The notes: a model not told the origin generated them from the letters alone. A stretch of 63,353 nt of DNA, filler included, from Bipalium vagum (GCA_037834085.1; 3 parts of 3 records of this genome joined end to end with filler, not necessarily neighbours in it), one strand, 5' to 3'; positions 38,101 through 51,980 are shown, counted from the first letter of the whole stretch. Numbers and translations are program-made.

Positions 38101-41100
38101 AGCGATGGTATTCATAGATTGATCTGTACCGTTCCAGTCAGAGTGAAATTAATACCAAAGTTAATTGGTTTAAATTTTTCAAATGTCTGTCCATTCAAGA
38201 ATACTTCCGAAAATCAGCAAGTTTGTATTGAATAATTTTTTAGAAATAATAATTCTTTTTTAGTTTGTAAAGTTATTATTATTCAAACATCATTTAAAGT
38301 GATTACATTTTTCTAAATAATAAAGCATAATGTTAATAAAATTCTTTATTATTTTAATTTATTTATAATGTTAAAAAATTGAAAAAAAAATGTTTGAAAA
38401 AATTTATTTGATAATTAATTCATTTAAACTGCATTTAAAATAGTAGTAGAGAACATAGTAAAGTAAGTTACCAGAATTAAATTCTTTAATAAGTAAGAAT
38501 CAGATCATTTGAAGTATATTATTTCGTTATCTTAAATATTTCATCTTTTAGATGACAATCAACAATAAAGAACCTTTTGCAGTTTATATTGTGTTCACCG
38601 ACAAAAACGGAGCTCAATTAGAACGGTCGGAATCGCTGGCTGTTAGAGTGGAAATGAAAAGTTTGAACAAGATAAATATCAAAGATATCGTTAAAGAGAC
38701 CACTCCAAGCATAATTTATGGGACGCCTGTCTCCAATAATTACAAAATCGATTTCCCAGTAATAAGGTAGATTGTTTATGTTTAAAAATAGAGTAAATAT
38801 AAAATCAACAGTTCCAAATTTTTCGTCACACCGAATATTCCTGGTGTTTCTGTGGGTGAAATTGAAATAATTGTGAAAATCAATTCTTATCGCGATGGAA
38901 AAGGACCAAAATTAAATTTGGAATCACGGCTTCATCTACAGATTTGCAAATCAATACTTGTGCAACCTGAGAAAATTTTATTATATCAGCACGAAAAAGT
39001 GTGTTTTGACAATGTCATTTACATTGAATAAAACTAAAATAAATATTTTAAAAATTTTATTTCTTTAAATTTTGAATAAATTTTTTTATTGATTTTACGA
39101 AATTTTTTCTATTTTCTCAGAATTTAGATAATGACACTGTCTTAATTAATCTTCACAATCTTATCAATTATTTTTTATGAAAAATCGAATATCGATTTTC
39201 ATTGATCTTTAAGTTTTATTTATTGATTTTTTTTATTCATAGAACATATACTTTGATTTTAAAGAACTAATTAAATTTAATACTTTTCTAAATAATTTCT
39301 CGAATGATTTCTTCACTTTTGATGTTGTAAAAATATAATTATTTTAATTGATTTTTTTATAAATAAATTTAATTTTATCTTTTAAGTGTTATATATACAA
39401 TAAATTTAGAGCTAATTTACTTTTTTTCTCAAATGATGATCTCTAGGTGTCAGCAAAATTTTCCATCAGCTACGGATCAGGATATTTTATGGTGGACACA
39501 CCTAATTCGGATTTTCTCAAAATAAATAAGCTAGAAAAATCAATGACTTCAAATAAAGAAACATTTTACGAAATTGTGCACACCCAAGTTGATTTTTCAC
39601 AACGGAATGGAGTTATCAATATCATTGACGCTTGTTTTAATTCTGTTGAAGAAGATAATGAAAATTCCAAGTCAATTGAAATAGAACTGGTGAAACCTTT
39701 CAAAGTTCAACTTTTTTCATCAGGTCGGGTTCAATTGGGATCGCAAGTATAACATAATAAAATCTTTTACCATTTTTTTGAAAAAAATCTGTATTTTATA
39801 GATTAATGTTCTAGTGAAGGTTTACGATGACACAGGGCGTGAATTCCCACAGGATGCATTACATTTTCTTATATTAGATTTGCACTTCAATGATAAATCA
39901 AATGTAATTTCTGCCCATTCAGTACATTCCAGTGATTGGTTGATATCTCCCAATGAATACTCAGATAGTTCGGGTTTTATTTTTAAGGTCAATGGTGATA
40001 AATTGGGATTTGAATCGATCTTTGTCAAACTTCATCATACCACTGACATTTTCAGTCACAGTTTGAAAATAGAAGTAAGACATCAAAAAATTGAAATAAT
40101 TTTTTTAAAAACGTGATCCATCTATTTTTAAAGGTGTTTCCGCCTTTGGAACTTGTTCCCAAGTACACTGTATTGCTGGAGGGTGCAGAAGTTCAACTAA
40201 GCACCAAAGGTGGTCCTCAAAATTGTCAGGAATCGTTGCATTATTACATCGTGAAAAATGAAACGTTGAAACATAAAGAGGCCAAAGTAGAATTTGTTAA
40301 AGGCCCAAATGGTTTGCTGAAAGCTATAAATTATGGTGAAATATCAGTAATGGTTACAGTTGAAGTGTCAGACATTGATCCAATAAGAAATAATAGACTT
40401 GTTGTTTTATCAAAAGTTGGTATTTAAAATATTTCTTAGTGATATGGATTGATATCATTTAATTATGGTTTTTGAAAAACATTAAGTCATTAAATAATTA
40501 TTATTAAGTTGGTGAAAAAGTAATTTGTATTCTTATATTGCTCGAATATTATTCTTATGTTAAATACACAATGTATATCAATTGGTAAATATTGAATATT
40601 ATATAAATTTGAAAGTTTTTATTTTTTGTGGATCTCTTAATGTTATAAAATTGATTTTCCGAAATCGACTGAGTTTTGTACAAAATCAAATTTGGCACAT
40701 AAGAGACTGAGACATCTCGCAAAATGAATGATATACTTGGTGAAAATACTTCTAATGAACATAGAGTATAATTATGGTTTACTAAGTTTTATGACGAAAA
40801 GGAAAGTATCTAACTAGAAAAGCGTGGCAGTCAACTAGTACTGATTGAAAGTTATAACATGTGAACCAACTGATAAACATGATTGGAGTTGCGAAAGAAC
40901 TACATGTTGATCAAAAAACAATAGGTTGTAATTTAAAGAAAAGTGGAAAAATGAATACCATGGGATTTAATTTGGTTGTTACGAGGTTCCTAAAAAATGA
41001 AGCGATTACAGTAAAAAGGAATATCAAGTAAATGAACCTGAAACTTCAATATTTAAGTCAGGAATTGCTCAACATAAAAGGACGTTGCAAAAGTTGTGCG

Positions 41101-44100
41101 AATTAAGATGAGGTCTTTCTCCATACTTATTTTACTGATCATCATTTTTTCAACCATCTGGAAAACTTAGAAAAAAGAACAATGGTAAAATTTCCTTCAA
41201 AAGTTTCATAATTCTCAGAACTACAGATTTTTATTTGACAGGAATTAACTTGTTTCTTGATGGGGAAAATATGTATATGTTATCAGTTATTAAAATTTTC
41301 AAAAAAAATTTCTATTGCACCAACCTAATGATTTAAATTCTGATTGTAAATAATTTATATTGATTATATGTGAATGGAGTCAATTATTATTTTTATTAAA
41401 ATGATAAAAAAATAATTTTCAGTTACTTTATATTTACGTTATTTTTGAAGTTTAATTGATGAATTTGGGTCAGAATAAATTTTTAATTGTATAATAGAGA
41501 ATGAGATATTAAATATTATTTAAAATATATATTTTTTTATTTCAATCAATTAATCGAAGCTTTTTTTTTAAAAATGATATTTTTTTTCATTAAGTATTTC
41601 TATTATACATTCTAATTCGGGTAGCCAATTTTTTTAAAGCTTTTCATGAATTATCGTTTTAGGACGAAGGTCGAATAGGAGTTGTTCAAATTAAAAGCTT
41701 ACACATATGGTCACCGACTAAGACTCTATTAATTGGTAATTCCATGCCATTGTGGGTGACATTTACCTCATCGAACAATGATTTGCAACACATTCCTATA
41801 ACTGGTTTTTCGATAACTGGAGTTGTGAAAACTGATATGGCTTTCAAGTGGAATCTAAATCCTCCACAAGGTGTTATATCGAAACTGGAAAATATACTGG
41901 AATCCGGTGGAATTAATATTGGACCTGTTGGTTTTTAAAATTGATAAATTTTTATTAATTCGACAAATAAAAATTAACCATTTTTTTCAGAAATATCTTC
42001 ACAGTGGAATGAGGCTTACATCTACTACTCCGGGTAAACAATCGATAGAATTATCGGTTTCTAATTTACCGACAAATTGGTTATGTAAAGATTTACAAAA
42101 TAGTCTCCCTTTAGTGACAAAATTAACTATTGTTATTATACCTAAATTAGAAATTACAAATCCGGCGATTTTTATGAAGGAATTATTATTACCACCTCGG
42201 ACCAGAATCAATCTGAAATCTTCCGTGTAAGATATTTATTTTGAACTACAAGTTATCAATATAAATATTTAAGTAAAATAAAGATTAGTTCCAATTTCCA
42301 ATCATTAATAATTATTAAGAAATAATATGGACATTTTTTATTGTTGTTGGTTTATTATTATTATGATACTGATTATATTTAAAATATTAAAAAAATGTTT
42401 TTTAAGGGACAATATTGGTTCAGTAATTTATACATTGGTTCCATATCAAAGTGAAAAAGGTGGATCTAAAATTCGATCCAAAATCCATTCAGATAATATT
42501 CTTGAAACGAGTTCTAGTTTATCAGAAAATGAGAAGGAAAGTTTTATTTTGCACATCACTTCGAGTCAGATGATCAAACTTAGCAGTTCTAATGAAGTTG
42601 TTGCTAATCAAACTGTTGCGTTATTTGTCACTGTAAAGCATCCAACTTATTCTATGTTATCGCCACACATTTTTCCAGACTCCTTGTTCCAAAAATTTCA
42701 AGATGCTAAAAACGCTAATAAATACTACAATACACATGTCTTGCCGCTTGGAGGACCTTTTGATTTTCAAATCACAAATCATGATGAATTGGGGAATATA
42801 TTTGATGTGTCTCCCGGTAATAATTTTATTTAATTTCTTGAAATCTATCATAAATTAATATTTGTAAATATCATATACCTTTAATTGATATTATTGTACA
42901 GATACAAATATGTTTTCTTATCGCTTACATCGATCCGATAACATTGCAATAACTTTTTCATTAATTGATTCTCTGAAGAAACATATTTCTAAGAAGGATA
43001 CTTTTTCGACAAGCAGCGATAAGCCATATGTTAAGTATTTCGACTCGTCGTCATTTTCTTCACAAAACGTACTGCAATTTCAAGGACTCGGCTCAGGCGA
43101 AAATACAATACAAATATTTTATCACGATTTGATTTCCGATTCTCAAAAATTGACGGACATTATCTGCATTCCCACTGATTCTGTTTTAAAATTGAAAAGT
43201 TTTCCTTCTAATTGTGCAATTGAGGGCACTCGTGTCAACTTTGAAGCTCCGTTTGGTAAATATGTTTCATTTGATTTTTTTCATCATCTACATTGATTTT
43301 TTCCTAGATAGTGGATTTTGGTATTCTTTTGACAAAGATCTTGTTTCCATTGACAGTTTATCTGGAGATGCGGTTCTGAAAAATCAGGGGTCAATCAATA
43401 TCTTTTACAGTTTATTTCATGACAATGTAGATATTATTGATCATCGAGAAAATAAAAATGTCCTGATCGGTAAAGAATTGGTCGTTCAGTCCGCATCAAA
43501 TATTTCGTTGAAAATTATCGACGGAACTTCTTTATCTCTGGAAGATCCTTGTTCATCAAATGAATGCCTTCCAATTAACTTGAATCACCAATCGAATTCA
43601 TTATTGACTGTTATTTACATTTCTGCAGTTTCTATCTCAAATTTGAAGACTGGGTAACATTTGTATTTTTTTTAATAAAAATATGAAATTAATGATTATT
43701 AATGTAAAATAATTTTCTGAAACGTGACATTAAGAGGAACGCCTAAAAAGAGAATAGTAAAAAAGAATTTTTGAATTCCTTCTTCAGATAGGAAAGAAAT
43801 TTTTTTATAGGAGACAAAAAATACAAAACCCAAAGCAGTTTTGGTTAAGCCTTGTGAATTCAGTACAATGAAACTGAATATCCATACTTCAAAAGTTGTC
43901 CTGTGTATCTGTTGGAATCAACGTGGTTTCACTAACTATGAAGTAATAAAACCACAAGAAACCGCAACAAGTGGAATGTATCTTTAAATTTCCAAATAAT
44001 TCATTTGATGTTGACTGTTTATCGATTTATCTTCTGACCTACAATATAGTTAAATTTATATTTATCCTTAAATGATTTTCTATTGGGTTGTCCACAAAGT

Positions 44101-46038
44101 TCGTGCTCTCTTTAACATGAGTTGGTTTTCTTTGACTTCATATACTTAAACTAAACGACATAATTTATTTATGGTTTTAAAGTTTAAATATTAGGCACCT
44201 CAGATTTAAAATTTATATAAAATTTATTTTTAATAGCATTTCAAATCAGATAAAAAAAATGAACATAACCGCCACGTTTTATAATATTACAACAATAAAA
44301 AGAATACATAGACAAACGAACATTAAAGATATGTCCTGTTTACAGAAAGGAATAGTTCAATAACTTCGAAGAAGTAATTTTTTCCTATGGCAATACAACA
44401 AAAATTATTGAAAGTGATTAAAGGGTCCTTATCAATCACCATCGTCATATAAAAGCATATCATATTGTTGAGATATTTAATTCATTAAAAACAATCATTG
44501 CTGATTGATTGAGAAAACGTGCTTATTCAAAAATGCTTGATGTTTAGGTACCAAATAATCTAACCGAATCAAAAGTAGTGATAAGTATCACTACTTGTAA
44601 TTTTCTTTTAAAGCGTAACTAAAATGAACTATTTTTCAAACACTTGATAACCGGAGACAAATAGTGAATATCTTACAACAATATTCAACACAAAAGATCC
44701 TGGTTAACAGCATGACTAACTAGTTCCAATGACCTCTAAATCTGATATCCATCAAATTCACATCATTTGTCGACATGTTGGAATTATAAACGTGTAATTT
44801 ATTTTGAAATTCAACCAAGAAATGTAAAAATTAATTCAAAAAATTATTGCGAGAAATAACAATATTGAATAAAGCATTGCAAAAAAATGTCTAGAGTTGG
44901 TAAATCGAAAATTCATAGTCTTCCATCATGATAATTAAAAGCTACACACATCTTTGGTCACCAGGAAAAAATCATTGGAGCTTGGTTGAGATGTTTTAAC
45001 AAAACTATCATATGGTCCTGATAATGCACCGTCGGAATATCATTTATTTTGATTCCATGATCCATAAAATATTCATCAGCATTAAATTGAACTAGAAGAA
45101 CTTTGTGGAACAAAAGGATAAATATTTCTTCGAAATTTAAATTATGGCATTATCTGTAAGATGGTAACAAATAATTGTATAGAATGGTGCTTATATTGGT
45201 TAATAAAAATATTTTTATCTGTGAAAATTTTGTCTTTCATTTTTATAATAAAAACTCACGAACTTTCCTGTCAACTCAATATTTACAGAAGGTTTTAATG
45301 ATTGAAATAATTAAAATAATGGGGGCCAAATAATTTTATGACAGTATAAAATACTTAAAATATCAATGAAATCTTTTACTTAAAAATTTTTAAAAATAAA
45401 ATATGAAGAACAATAATCAATTAATTATTTTAGAAATAACTTCAATTTTGAAAACGAATATCCATTGAATTTATCTCAAAAATTACAACAAGAAATCCCA
45501 CTGGAATGTGCAATTGAATGTGACATTAATGTTGATTCCATGACAGCAGTACAAGAGTTGTGTAAATCTCTTTTCCGAGTGCGTCTTTTGCAGTTCAGCA
45601 CAGAATTGGATGAACACATGGGCATTAAACAATGGGGTTGTTATGTCACTCCGAATACAATGGATTCCTGGACTCAACATGAGCTGATTCATATGATCTC
45701 TCTAGCAAAATCTGATTTGCAGTTGAAAATCAAATCTCGACTTCGTTATAAAACCGTCATGTCAGCTAACATTCTAGTACCGGTTGTAATCGGTTATGCT
45801 TTGCTCATGACCAATTCTAGCAGAACGGATTTGGTGATCAAAGAAAGTGGAGAGGTTGTAACAGATATTCGACTTGCTTTATCGATTTCTACAAAAAGAT
45901 TTATTGAGGAGAATCGACAAGTCAAATTGTCTGTGGTCAGTAGTTTGCCTAATCTTGTGGAAGTTCTTGCTCCTCGTGAAGATGAATCGAATCGTGGAGT
46001 GTGGATTTATCCTTTAAAAGCAGCAGTAGTCGATAAAG
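26151..46038 (+). CDS. NUP210: Nuclear pore membrane glycoprotein 210 (gp210), 22 exons, 3'-incomplete (~1,928 codons)
   Basis: Exons 26151-26302, 26349-26494, 26538-26830, 28529-28739, 30172-30300, 30350-30669, 31357-31587, 33870-34116, 37546-37778, 37822-38069, 38118-38220, 38552-38766, 38812-38998, 39447-39746, 39802-40074, 40134-40415, 41663-41926, 41991-42226, 42407-42816, 42902-43255, 43308-43653, 45434-46038. All introns are GT-AG with consistent phase. N-terminal signal peptide MLIKILFFVLSILYSYC, then gp210 hallmarks KILLP, TGHSVKCDVIID..ELYL.E.P....AYDEFGNTFSTLDGIPFEW, VSGLKTGAA, ILPW..LTATGGSG.Y.W, GPLPWVLDPS, GSGYF, VFPPLEL.P...GGP and HDELGNIF. Confidence 0.93.
27985..28055 (-). 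mobile_element. Possible tRNA-derived SINE head fragment
   Basis: Minus strand GAGCATTGCTTAATGG (A-box-like) ... CATGGGTTGAG (partial B-box-like) followed by A8; no full cloverleaf. Confidence 0.3.
29640..29885 (+). mobile_element. mariner 3' remnant in Nup210 intron 4
   Basis: IYFDQKTTEFYSNGIHSLVDRW*RIVDTDEEY is a mariner C-terminus. Confidence 0.7.
31773..32950 (-). mobile_element. mariner remnant in Nup210 intron 7
   Basis: Minus strand has the WLVQ-type linker, CSPDLAPNDFGS and SRMSLEKCKELQGNY; TIR-like ACGTGGTGCACCAAATAA. Confidence 0.7.
32955..33215 (-). mobile_element. rosa/Tc1-type transposase fragment
   Basis: ORF 32961..33212(-): PYHIQRVQPLL....RIAF...ILNLIFFTDEASY. Confidence 0.7.
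35580..36281 (+). mobile_element. Internally deleted IS630/Tc1-superfamily element with TIRs made of 21-bp tandem repeats
   Basis: TA|TGCAGAAATATATAG...CTATATATTTCTGCA|TA (TA TSD). Unit AATTATTCAAAATATATAGAA occurs ~5.5x at left and ~4x inverted at right. Internal remnants KLVYLDETGA (35890) and WPPYSPQLNPI (35943). Confidence 0.8.
36415..36860 (+). mobile_element. pogo/Tigger 5' remnant
   Basis: TA|CAGTCAATCCTGCTTAATATGAAT TIR-like end; SKRKRKHLSIEDKQKLLKLFDE resembles a CENP-B/Psq HTH start. Confidence 0.65.
37000..37487 (-). mobile_element. mariner 5' remnant
   Basis: Minus strand DKSQIREIIYYEWK....A....NLNEMLGE...TANSAKLV is a mariner N-terminal HTH; TIR-like sequence at ~37462-37485. 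Confidence 0.6.
40504..41328 (+). mobile_element. mariner element, internally deleted, in Nup210 intron 16
   Basis: TIRs TTAAGTTGGTGAAAAAGTAAT / TTTCTATTGCACCAACCTAA; AQETETSRKMNDILGEN and DHHFFNHLEN remnants. Confidence 0.75.
43720..43985 (+). mobile_element. mariner central fragment
   Basis: GDKK...KAVLVKP..HTSKVVLCICWNQRGF..YEVIKPQET. Confidence 0.6.
44083..45279 (+). mobile_element. mariner element, near full length, in Nup210 intron 21
   Basis: TA-flanked TIRs TTGGGTTGTCCACAAAGTTCGTG / CACGAACTTTCCTGTCAACTCAA; V*VPNNL, LITGDK*, VFHHDN and YGPDNAPSEYHLF motifs with many stops. Confidence 0.88.
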
Positions 46039-46339
46039 GTTTTTTTATTTGAATTTGTTATCGAACCTGATAATTATGAATTTTTGTGCTTAGGAAACAA
46101 CCAGTTTTTTAATATTTCTATTTTACTATTTAAAAAATTCCATTGTGTCTTAAATTCATGAGACGGGATTTTATGAAATCTAATCTACTTAACTAATTTT
46201 TATTAATAAATTACTTAGCATTTGAAAATCAAGAGAAGTTGACTGATTAAACATCTTTGTAAAATTCGATTAAGAAACTTATTAAATCACTGGAAGCCTT
46301 CATTATTTTTCAGATTACTTTATTATTATTTATTATAAT

Positions 46340-47290
46340 TTATAAATAATGATTATAATCAGGGTCCTCAGAAAATTGATCTTATAATTTTTAAAATAGA
46401 CCGAAAGATTCTTTTTCAACCTTTCTTTTATAATATCCAGTTCTTTATAATCTGATGTTAAAGACCATACTCTATTAATTAACCCTTTGATTAATCCACT
46501 TTTATATCTTTTTTCACAGAAACTATTTTTTGACGTATATAGTCCTGTATCCATCTCTTTTCTAAATATATTAATCTTTAATTTATTATTCAATTTCTCC
46601 TTTTTAATGATAACATCTAGAAATGGTAGTTTTTCATTTCTTTCTTTCTCCATCGTAAAATTAATATTTTCATGTAGACTACTCATGTTTGTTAAAATGG
46701 ATTGATGTGATTTTCAATCTCGAATATTAAAAAAAATTCGTCATCAACATATTTTTTATAAGCCAGTGGTTTACTTCCTTGGTAATTGTCGATTTTCATT
46801 TCTAAGTATTCCATAAATATTGATGATAATGTTAGTCCTAATGGCGACCCCATGGCTACTCCGTCTGTTTGCTTGTACCATTAGTTGTTGAACATAAACG
46901 ATACATTTCTAGTGCTAAATTCTAATAACTGTCATAGAGCTATGTCATCCATTATTTCTTTATTTCCTTTATCATTCCACAAATCAATGCACAGCTCAAT
47001 TGTTTCTAAAATAGGGACATTGGTGAAAAGACTAGATACATCGAATGATACCAAAAATTCATTATTGATTTTTTCTCATAAGTATTAATGAAATTGTTAA
47101 ATTCAAATGTATCTTTCACTTCATATTTGCAGTTCTTCAATGGCTTTATCGATTCATCTAACACTCTTGCAACTTTATATTGCGCACTATTTATCATTGA
47201 GAGTACAGGCCTTAATGGTTGATTTTCTTTATGGATCTTTGGTAATATTATATACAGTACCTGCAAAAGTATTCGTACGATCACCTTTTT
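46340..47290 (-). mobile_element. Penelope-like element reverse transcriptase fragment
   Basis: LPKIHKENQPLRPVLSMINSAQYKVA, SFDVSSLFTNVP, YKQTDGVAMGSPL, YVDD, NINFTMEKERNEKLPFLDV and FRKEMDTGLY. Confidence 0.88.
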
Positions 47291-47431
47291 CATAATAAAA
47301 CTTAAATTTGAAAAGATAAAGAAACTTATGAAGTGAAATACAGTATTTATATGAAGTACTGATGTAATGCATTGCAACCAACAAAACATTTGATAAAATT
47401 TAATTATCAAACAATATTTTAATTACATAAA

Positions 47432-47531
47432 NNNNNNNNNNNNNNNNNNNNNNNNNNNNNNNNNNNNNNNNNNNNTTAATTAATTAANNNNNNNNNNNNN
47501 NNNNNNNNNNNNNNNNNNNNNNNNNNNNNNN
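47432..47531. other. Artificial assembly spacer (44 N + TTAATTAATTAA + 44 N)
   Basis: Identical to 19053-19152. Confidence 0.95.
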
Positions 47532-47629
47532 GTATTAAATGATTAAATTTATAAATAAAGATATTGACATATATATTAATTAAATAATTAAATCATTTGT
47601 TTTAATATATCAATAACCGCATCAATTTG

Positions 47630-48050
47630 AATGGATCCCAAAAAATACATATGAGGTATTGTTTGCTTTTTGCCTTCCAATTGAGAAAAACGGCATACGA
47701 AGCAACACAGATGATTGTTTCTGCACTTGGTGAAGGCGCAGTAACTTATAAAAAGTCCCAAAAATGGTTCGGCCGATTTGAAAGTGGAAATTTGGACCTT
47801 TCAGATGTTGAACGTCCTGGCCACTCAAAAAAATTTACAGATGAGGCTCTGGAAAAATTGTTGGATGAAAACTCATGTCAAACTTGATGTTACTCAACAG
47901 ATTATATCCATCCGACTCAAACAACTACGAAGGGTTCATAGAGCCTGTAGATGGGTCCCTCATGCTCTTACTCCACAGAACAAAGAAAGTCGATACAACA
48001 CCGCAGTAGTATTTTGGCAAATATTTTTAAAAAGTTTACAATTTATTAAT
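47630..48050 (+). mobile_element. mariner transposase 5' half
   Basis: HMRYCLLFAFQ..KTAYEA..KWFGRFESGNLDLSDVERPG and RWVPHALT. Confidence 0.85.
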
Positions 48051-48269
48051 CCTTGAAGGTCACGGAATTATTGGAATAAATAACAAAAGATGTAAAAAAT
48101 TCTAACCATTATACAAATATGTAAAATTTAAAATATCTGTAAAATTTATTAATTTATATGAACATTTTTACAATTAATAAAATTTTCTAAAAACTTGTTT
48201 TCGACTGAAATTGATGTTATATAATAATGTAAAAGTAACTAGGCTAATTGAAAATTTTCTTTAAAAGCT

Positions 48270-48785
48270 GTCACAATAAGTGATCATAATGTCAAATCCA
48301 GATTTAATCAATTGTTACAAAACAGCGTTTAAAATCCGTCTTATTCTTTAGAGAGCTTTACTCTAATTTGAAATGTCCATAGCTTCAGAGATTTGAATCA
48401 AAGTCATTTGATGATCGTTCATCCCCATATTATCTGTTAAATTAATCTATTTTTACAATGTGGCACTTGTTGGTTGTCCAGACCTGCTATCATTTTCAAA
48501 ACTGTCGTGCCCACGTTGAAAGATCAGAACCCACTTATAAACCATCAATTTTGATAGCGCTACATACTTTTATAATTTTCTTATTAATTTACAAAAATTT
48601 GATGATCGACTTTTTCCATTTGTAAAGCGAGTCAACTTTAAACTACGTTAAATTAAAAATAGTTTGACAAATGACCTGGATATCTTATATGGATTATATG
48701 AATAATTTATAAAACTGCGCATAATTTTTATTTTTAAACTGAATCAAAGGTGGTCATTCGCCAACCTTTCAATTAGCCTAATATT
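48270..48785 (-). mobile_element. mariner 5' remnant
   Basis: Minus strand KWVLIFQRGHDSFENDSRSGQPTSA..DERSSN; TIR-like end ...AACCTTTCAATTAGCCTAATA. Confidence 0.6.
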
Positions 48786-51073
48786 ACAGCGAACTTTTAA
48801 TAAATCTAAAGTATTATAGGAGCCATTTGACATTGTTTTTATTTATATTTAGTAAAATTAGTAAAGTAGAATGAATAATCAAATTATCTCAAAAGTATAA
48901 TAAACATTGAGATATGTCGCCAGTATCCTTGAATTCCGCAATTTACTTGAGAAAATCATATCATATTATGAATTATTTATTATTTTAAGTTAACTTTGGT
49001 CAGCTCTGCATAATTACATACAGAGGATCATAGTGAAATTTTTTCAATTAAACAAATGTCATTTTATAATTAATATTTTTTTGTTTTGACAGTTTAAGTA
49101 TAAAATACTTTAAATTTTTGCATGGTGTAAATTGAACCTTTATAAAAAATAATTTTCATAATCTACATTTATTCTAATTATTCATATTAATATCGAAATT
49201 CTTTTCCTTCTGTATAAGTTTTACTTCATAACAACGTCATAATACAAAATTTTGTAAATATTTCTAATAATATATTTTTTAATTTATTATAATTATTACA
49301 TTCACTTTATTTCTAAAATTGTTAACATCTAAATCACTTTAATTTTATTTTAAAATATATTTTTAACTATGATATTCTAAATATGGAAGTCTCAATAGTG
49401 TAAAATCATTGCTTTGAAATTTCTTTTATTTTTGATATACGTAATTTTGTATGTCAATAATAAAATTCTTAAATGACTTTATTTATTATATGTTTATATT
49501 TAAAATGAAACTTTCTGAAAATAATTTAAGAAAATTCAGACTTTTAATAATTAAACCTTTTAATAAAATATAAATTATTTCATGAAGAAAAACCTTACAA
49601 AACAAAAAACGATTTTATAAAAAAATAATTTATCCTTAATTAAATTAATTCTTTACATATTTATAAGAAATAAATCAGAAGTTAACAACATTTCAATGAT
49701 AATTATGTGTTCTTAATTACTTAAAAGATACAAATCACAAAATAAGGTATAACTAAACTAAAACCAAATTTGTTTAAATGCATTCAATTATTCAATTGCC
49801 AGTATGAAAATTATTAAATAAATGAAGTAATTTGTTGACATCAATAAGAGATAATAGAAAAATTATTTTATTTCTACTGATTGCTTCTGTAGTTCTTTGA
49901 AGAATTAAAATGAAGTTACATTGATGAATGAAATGATACTCTAATATCACTATACTAAACATTCCAAGCTTTGTCAATCAACTTTTTTGAAAATCCAGTA
50001 CTCTTACACGGCTTTTCAATACAAATCTAAAATATATTACCATTAAATGAAACACATTTTCCTAAGAATGCTATGATGTGAAAATATTACATTTATAATA
50101 AAAATTTCCAAACGGAGGTATTTACAGACAAATATCTGATTGAAAAGTTACTTAAAGTTATTCAATTTATTCTTTTTTCATTTATTCTTAATTCAAAGTT
50201 ACAAAAAAAAGCTATTACCATTGGACACTGGGCATGAAAGAATTACATTAAAACCGGACATTTATATCATGCCGATATCCAGCCAAAAAGACAATCTTGT
50301 GGGCAATATGTGATTAATTAATAATAAAACATGAAATCTATATTTGTAGAATTTTATAAATTAGTTTATTTATATATTTTAACAATTAAATTTTTCATTT
50401 CTAAATGAACTGAATGAAATAAATTTTTTATTTCTCTCTAATTGACGTCCTTGTTTCCTCGTATTATTTATATTTTTTCTGGTAACATATAAACCCAGTT
50501 CTTTTGTTTTAAATAATCGTTTAAAATACAAAATCATTAAAATAATTTTCTTAATTTCTCTTATATGATTTTTCTTATCTGTTCGACACCTCTTTTCTAT
50601 TATTAATCTTTTTAAATGGCACAATTTCTAGATAAACTAATGATATAAATAATTTATTTATTTATTTATTACGTTAATTTTCAATTAATTGGAAAAAATA
50701 GATAAATTAATGTCACCAATAAATTTTAATGATTTGTGATGTGAAAGAAAGTTATTAAATCTCATTTCTAATTTTATTTGATTGATGTTCTGAAAATATG
50801 GACTGAGCATATCAGACTGGATGGCAAAATCTAATCCGTAATTTGTATTTTAGAAAATCCAATTGTTGGACAAAACGACGAGAAAATCTATTAAGGAAAA
50901 GAAAGATGGAATTAAAATAACTAGAGATATTAAATGGAATAAGAATTATTTGAGCATATTAATAGTTTTTAAAAAATTATTACTTATAAAAAACTAAAAA
51001 AAATATATATAATTAATTGATGAAATATTTCTCAAAATTATAAACTCGTTTTTATTTAATAAAATTATTATGA

Positions 51074-51980
51074 TGTTGGGTTTACCCAAGACAACCACCC
51101 GGAAAATAAAGCCAAGAAAACCATGAAAAGGGGTTTTAATGTTAATAATAATATTATTATTATTAATATTAAAATTAAAGTTAATTAATTATTAGAAAGC
51201 AATTAAAATTTCCCAGATATTTTTATTTTGAAATTACTTCAAAAATTATTTTAAAGAATTCTAAAAGAGGTAATTTGTAAATATTACAGTCATCAGGAAA
51301 TATGAATTTTAAGGAATTTTAGAGTTTTGGCAAAACTTTTAGAATTTAAGATTAATTTTGAGATTATTTCAAGAATAATCTTCAAATGAAGATCAGTCTC
51401 AGAAAAGTATATAAGCAGAGGGATTTTAGCATAATTTCACGCACAAGAAGCGTGCAAAAGGAAATTATTCGATTAGATTCATAGAAGGTTATTCGATTCG
51501 TAGAAGATTATTCGATTCATAAAAGGAGACTATTCGATTGTTGATCATAGTAAAGTTCAGCGTTTATTATATGACAGCAAGTACTGGGACTATGCTTAAA
51601 ATTCCCCATCAACGATTACCGGTGAGCAACCGTTATGGATCAGACAATAACTTAAGAATTTTAGCGGAAGAAAAATCGTAAGATTTTTTTCCATTTTTTG
51701 TTTTGTTTTGCTTTAAAATAATAATTATTATTATTATTTAATTTAGACATTATCTTTTAATTAATTTTTAATATTGAATTTGACATTACTGTTATTTGAT
51801 AACCGTACGGTATTAGAGATTTGAGAATTTGTGAGACAATTCAGACATTAGAATTGTGATCCCATACTTTAATTATTATTCTGTATTTTGTGATTGTGTG
51901 GTAAAAATACAAATTATTGTTTACTGATAGTTATTTTTGCACCGCCTAAGAATTGAAGTCAGGTTTAACTTTAATACACT
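51074..51980 (+). mobile_element. Probable solo LTR related to the 55059 LTR
   Basis: Starts TGTTGGGTTT like the 55059 LTR; AAT tract, TATAAG box (~51409), short tandem repeats TTATTCGATT(C) and GGTGAG donor motif (~51621). 3' end approximate; no TSD identified. Confidence 0.55.
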
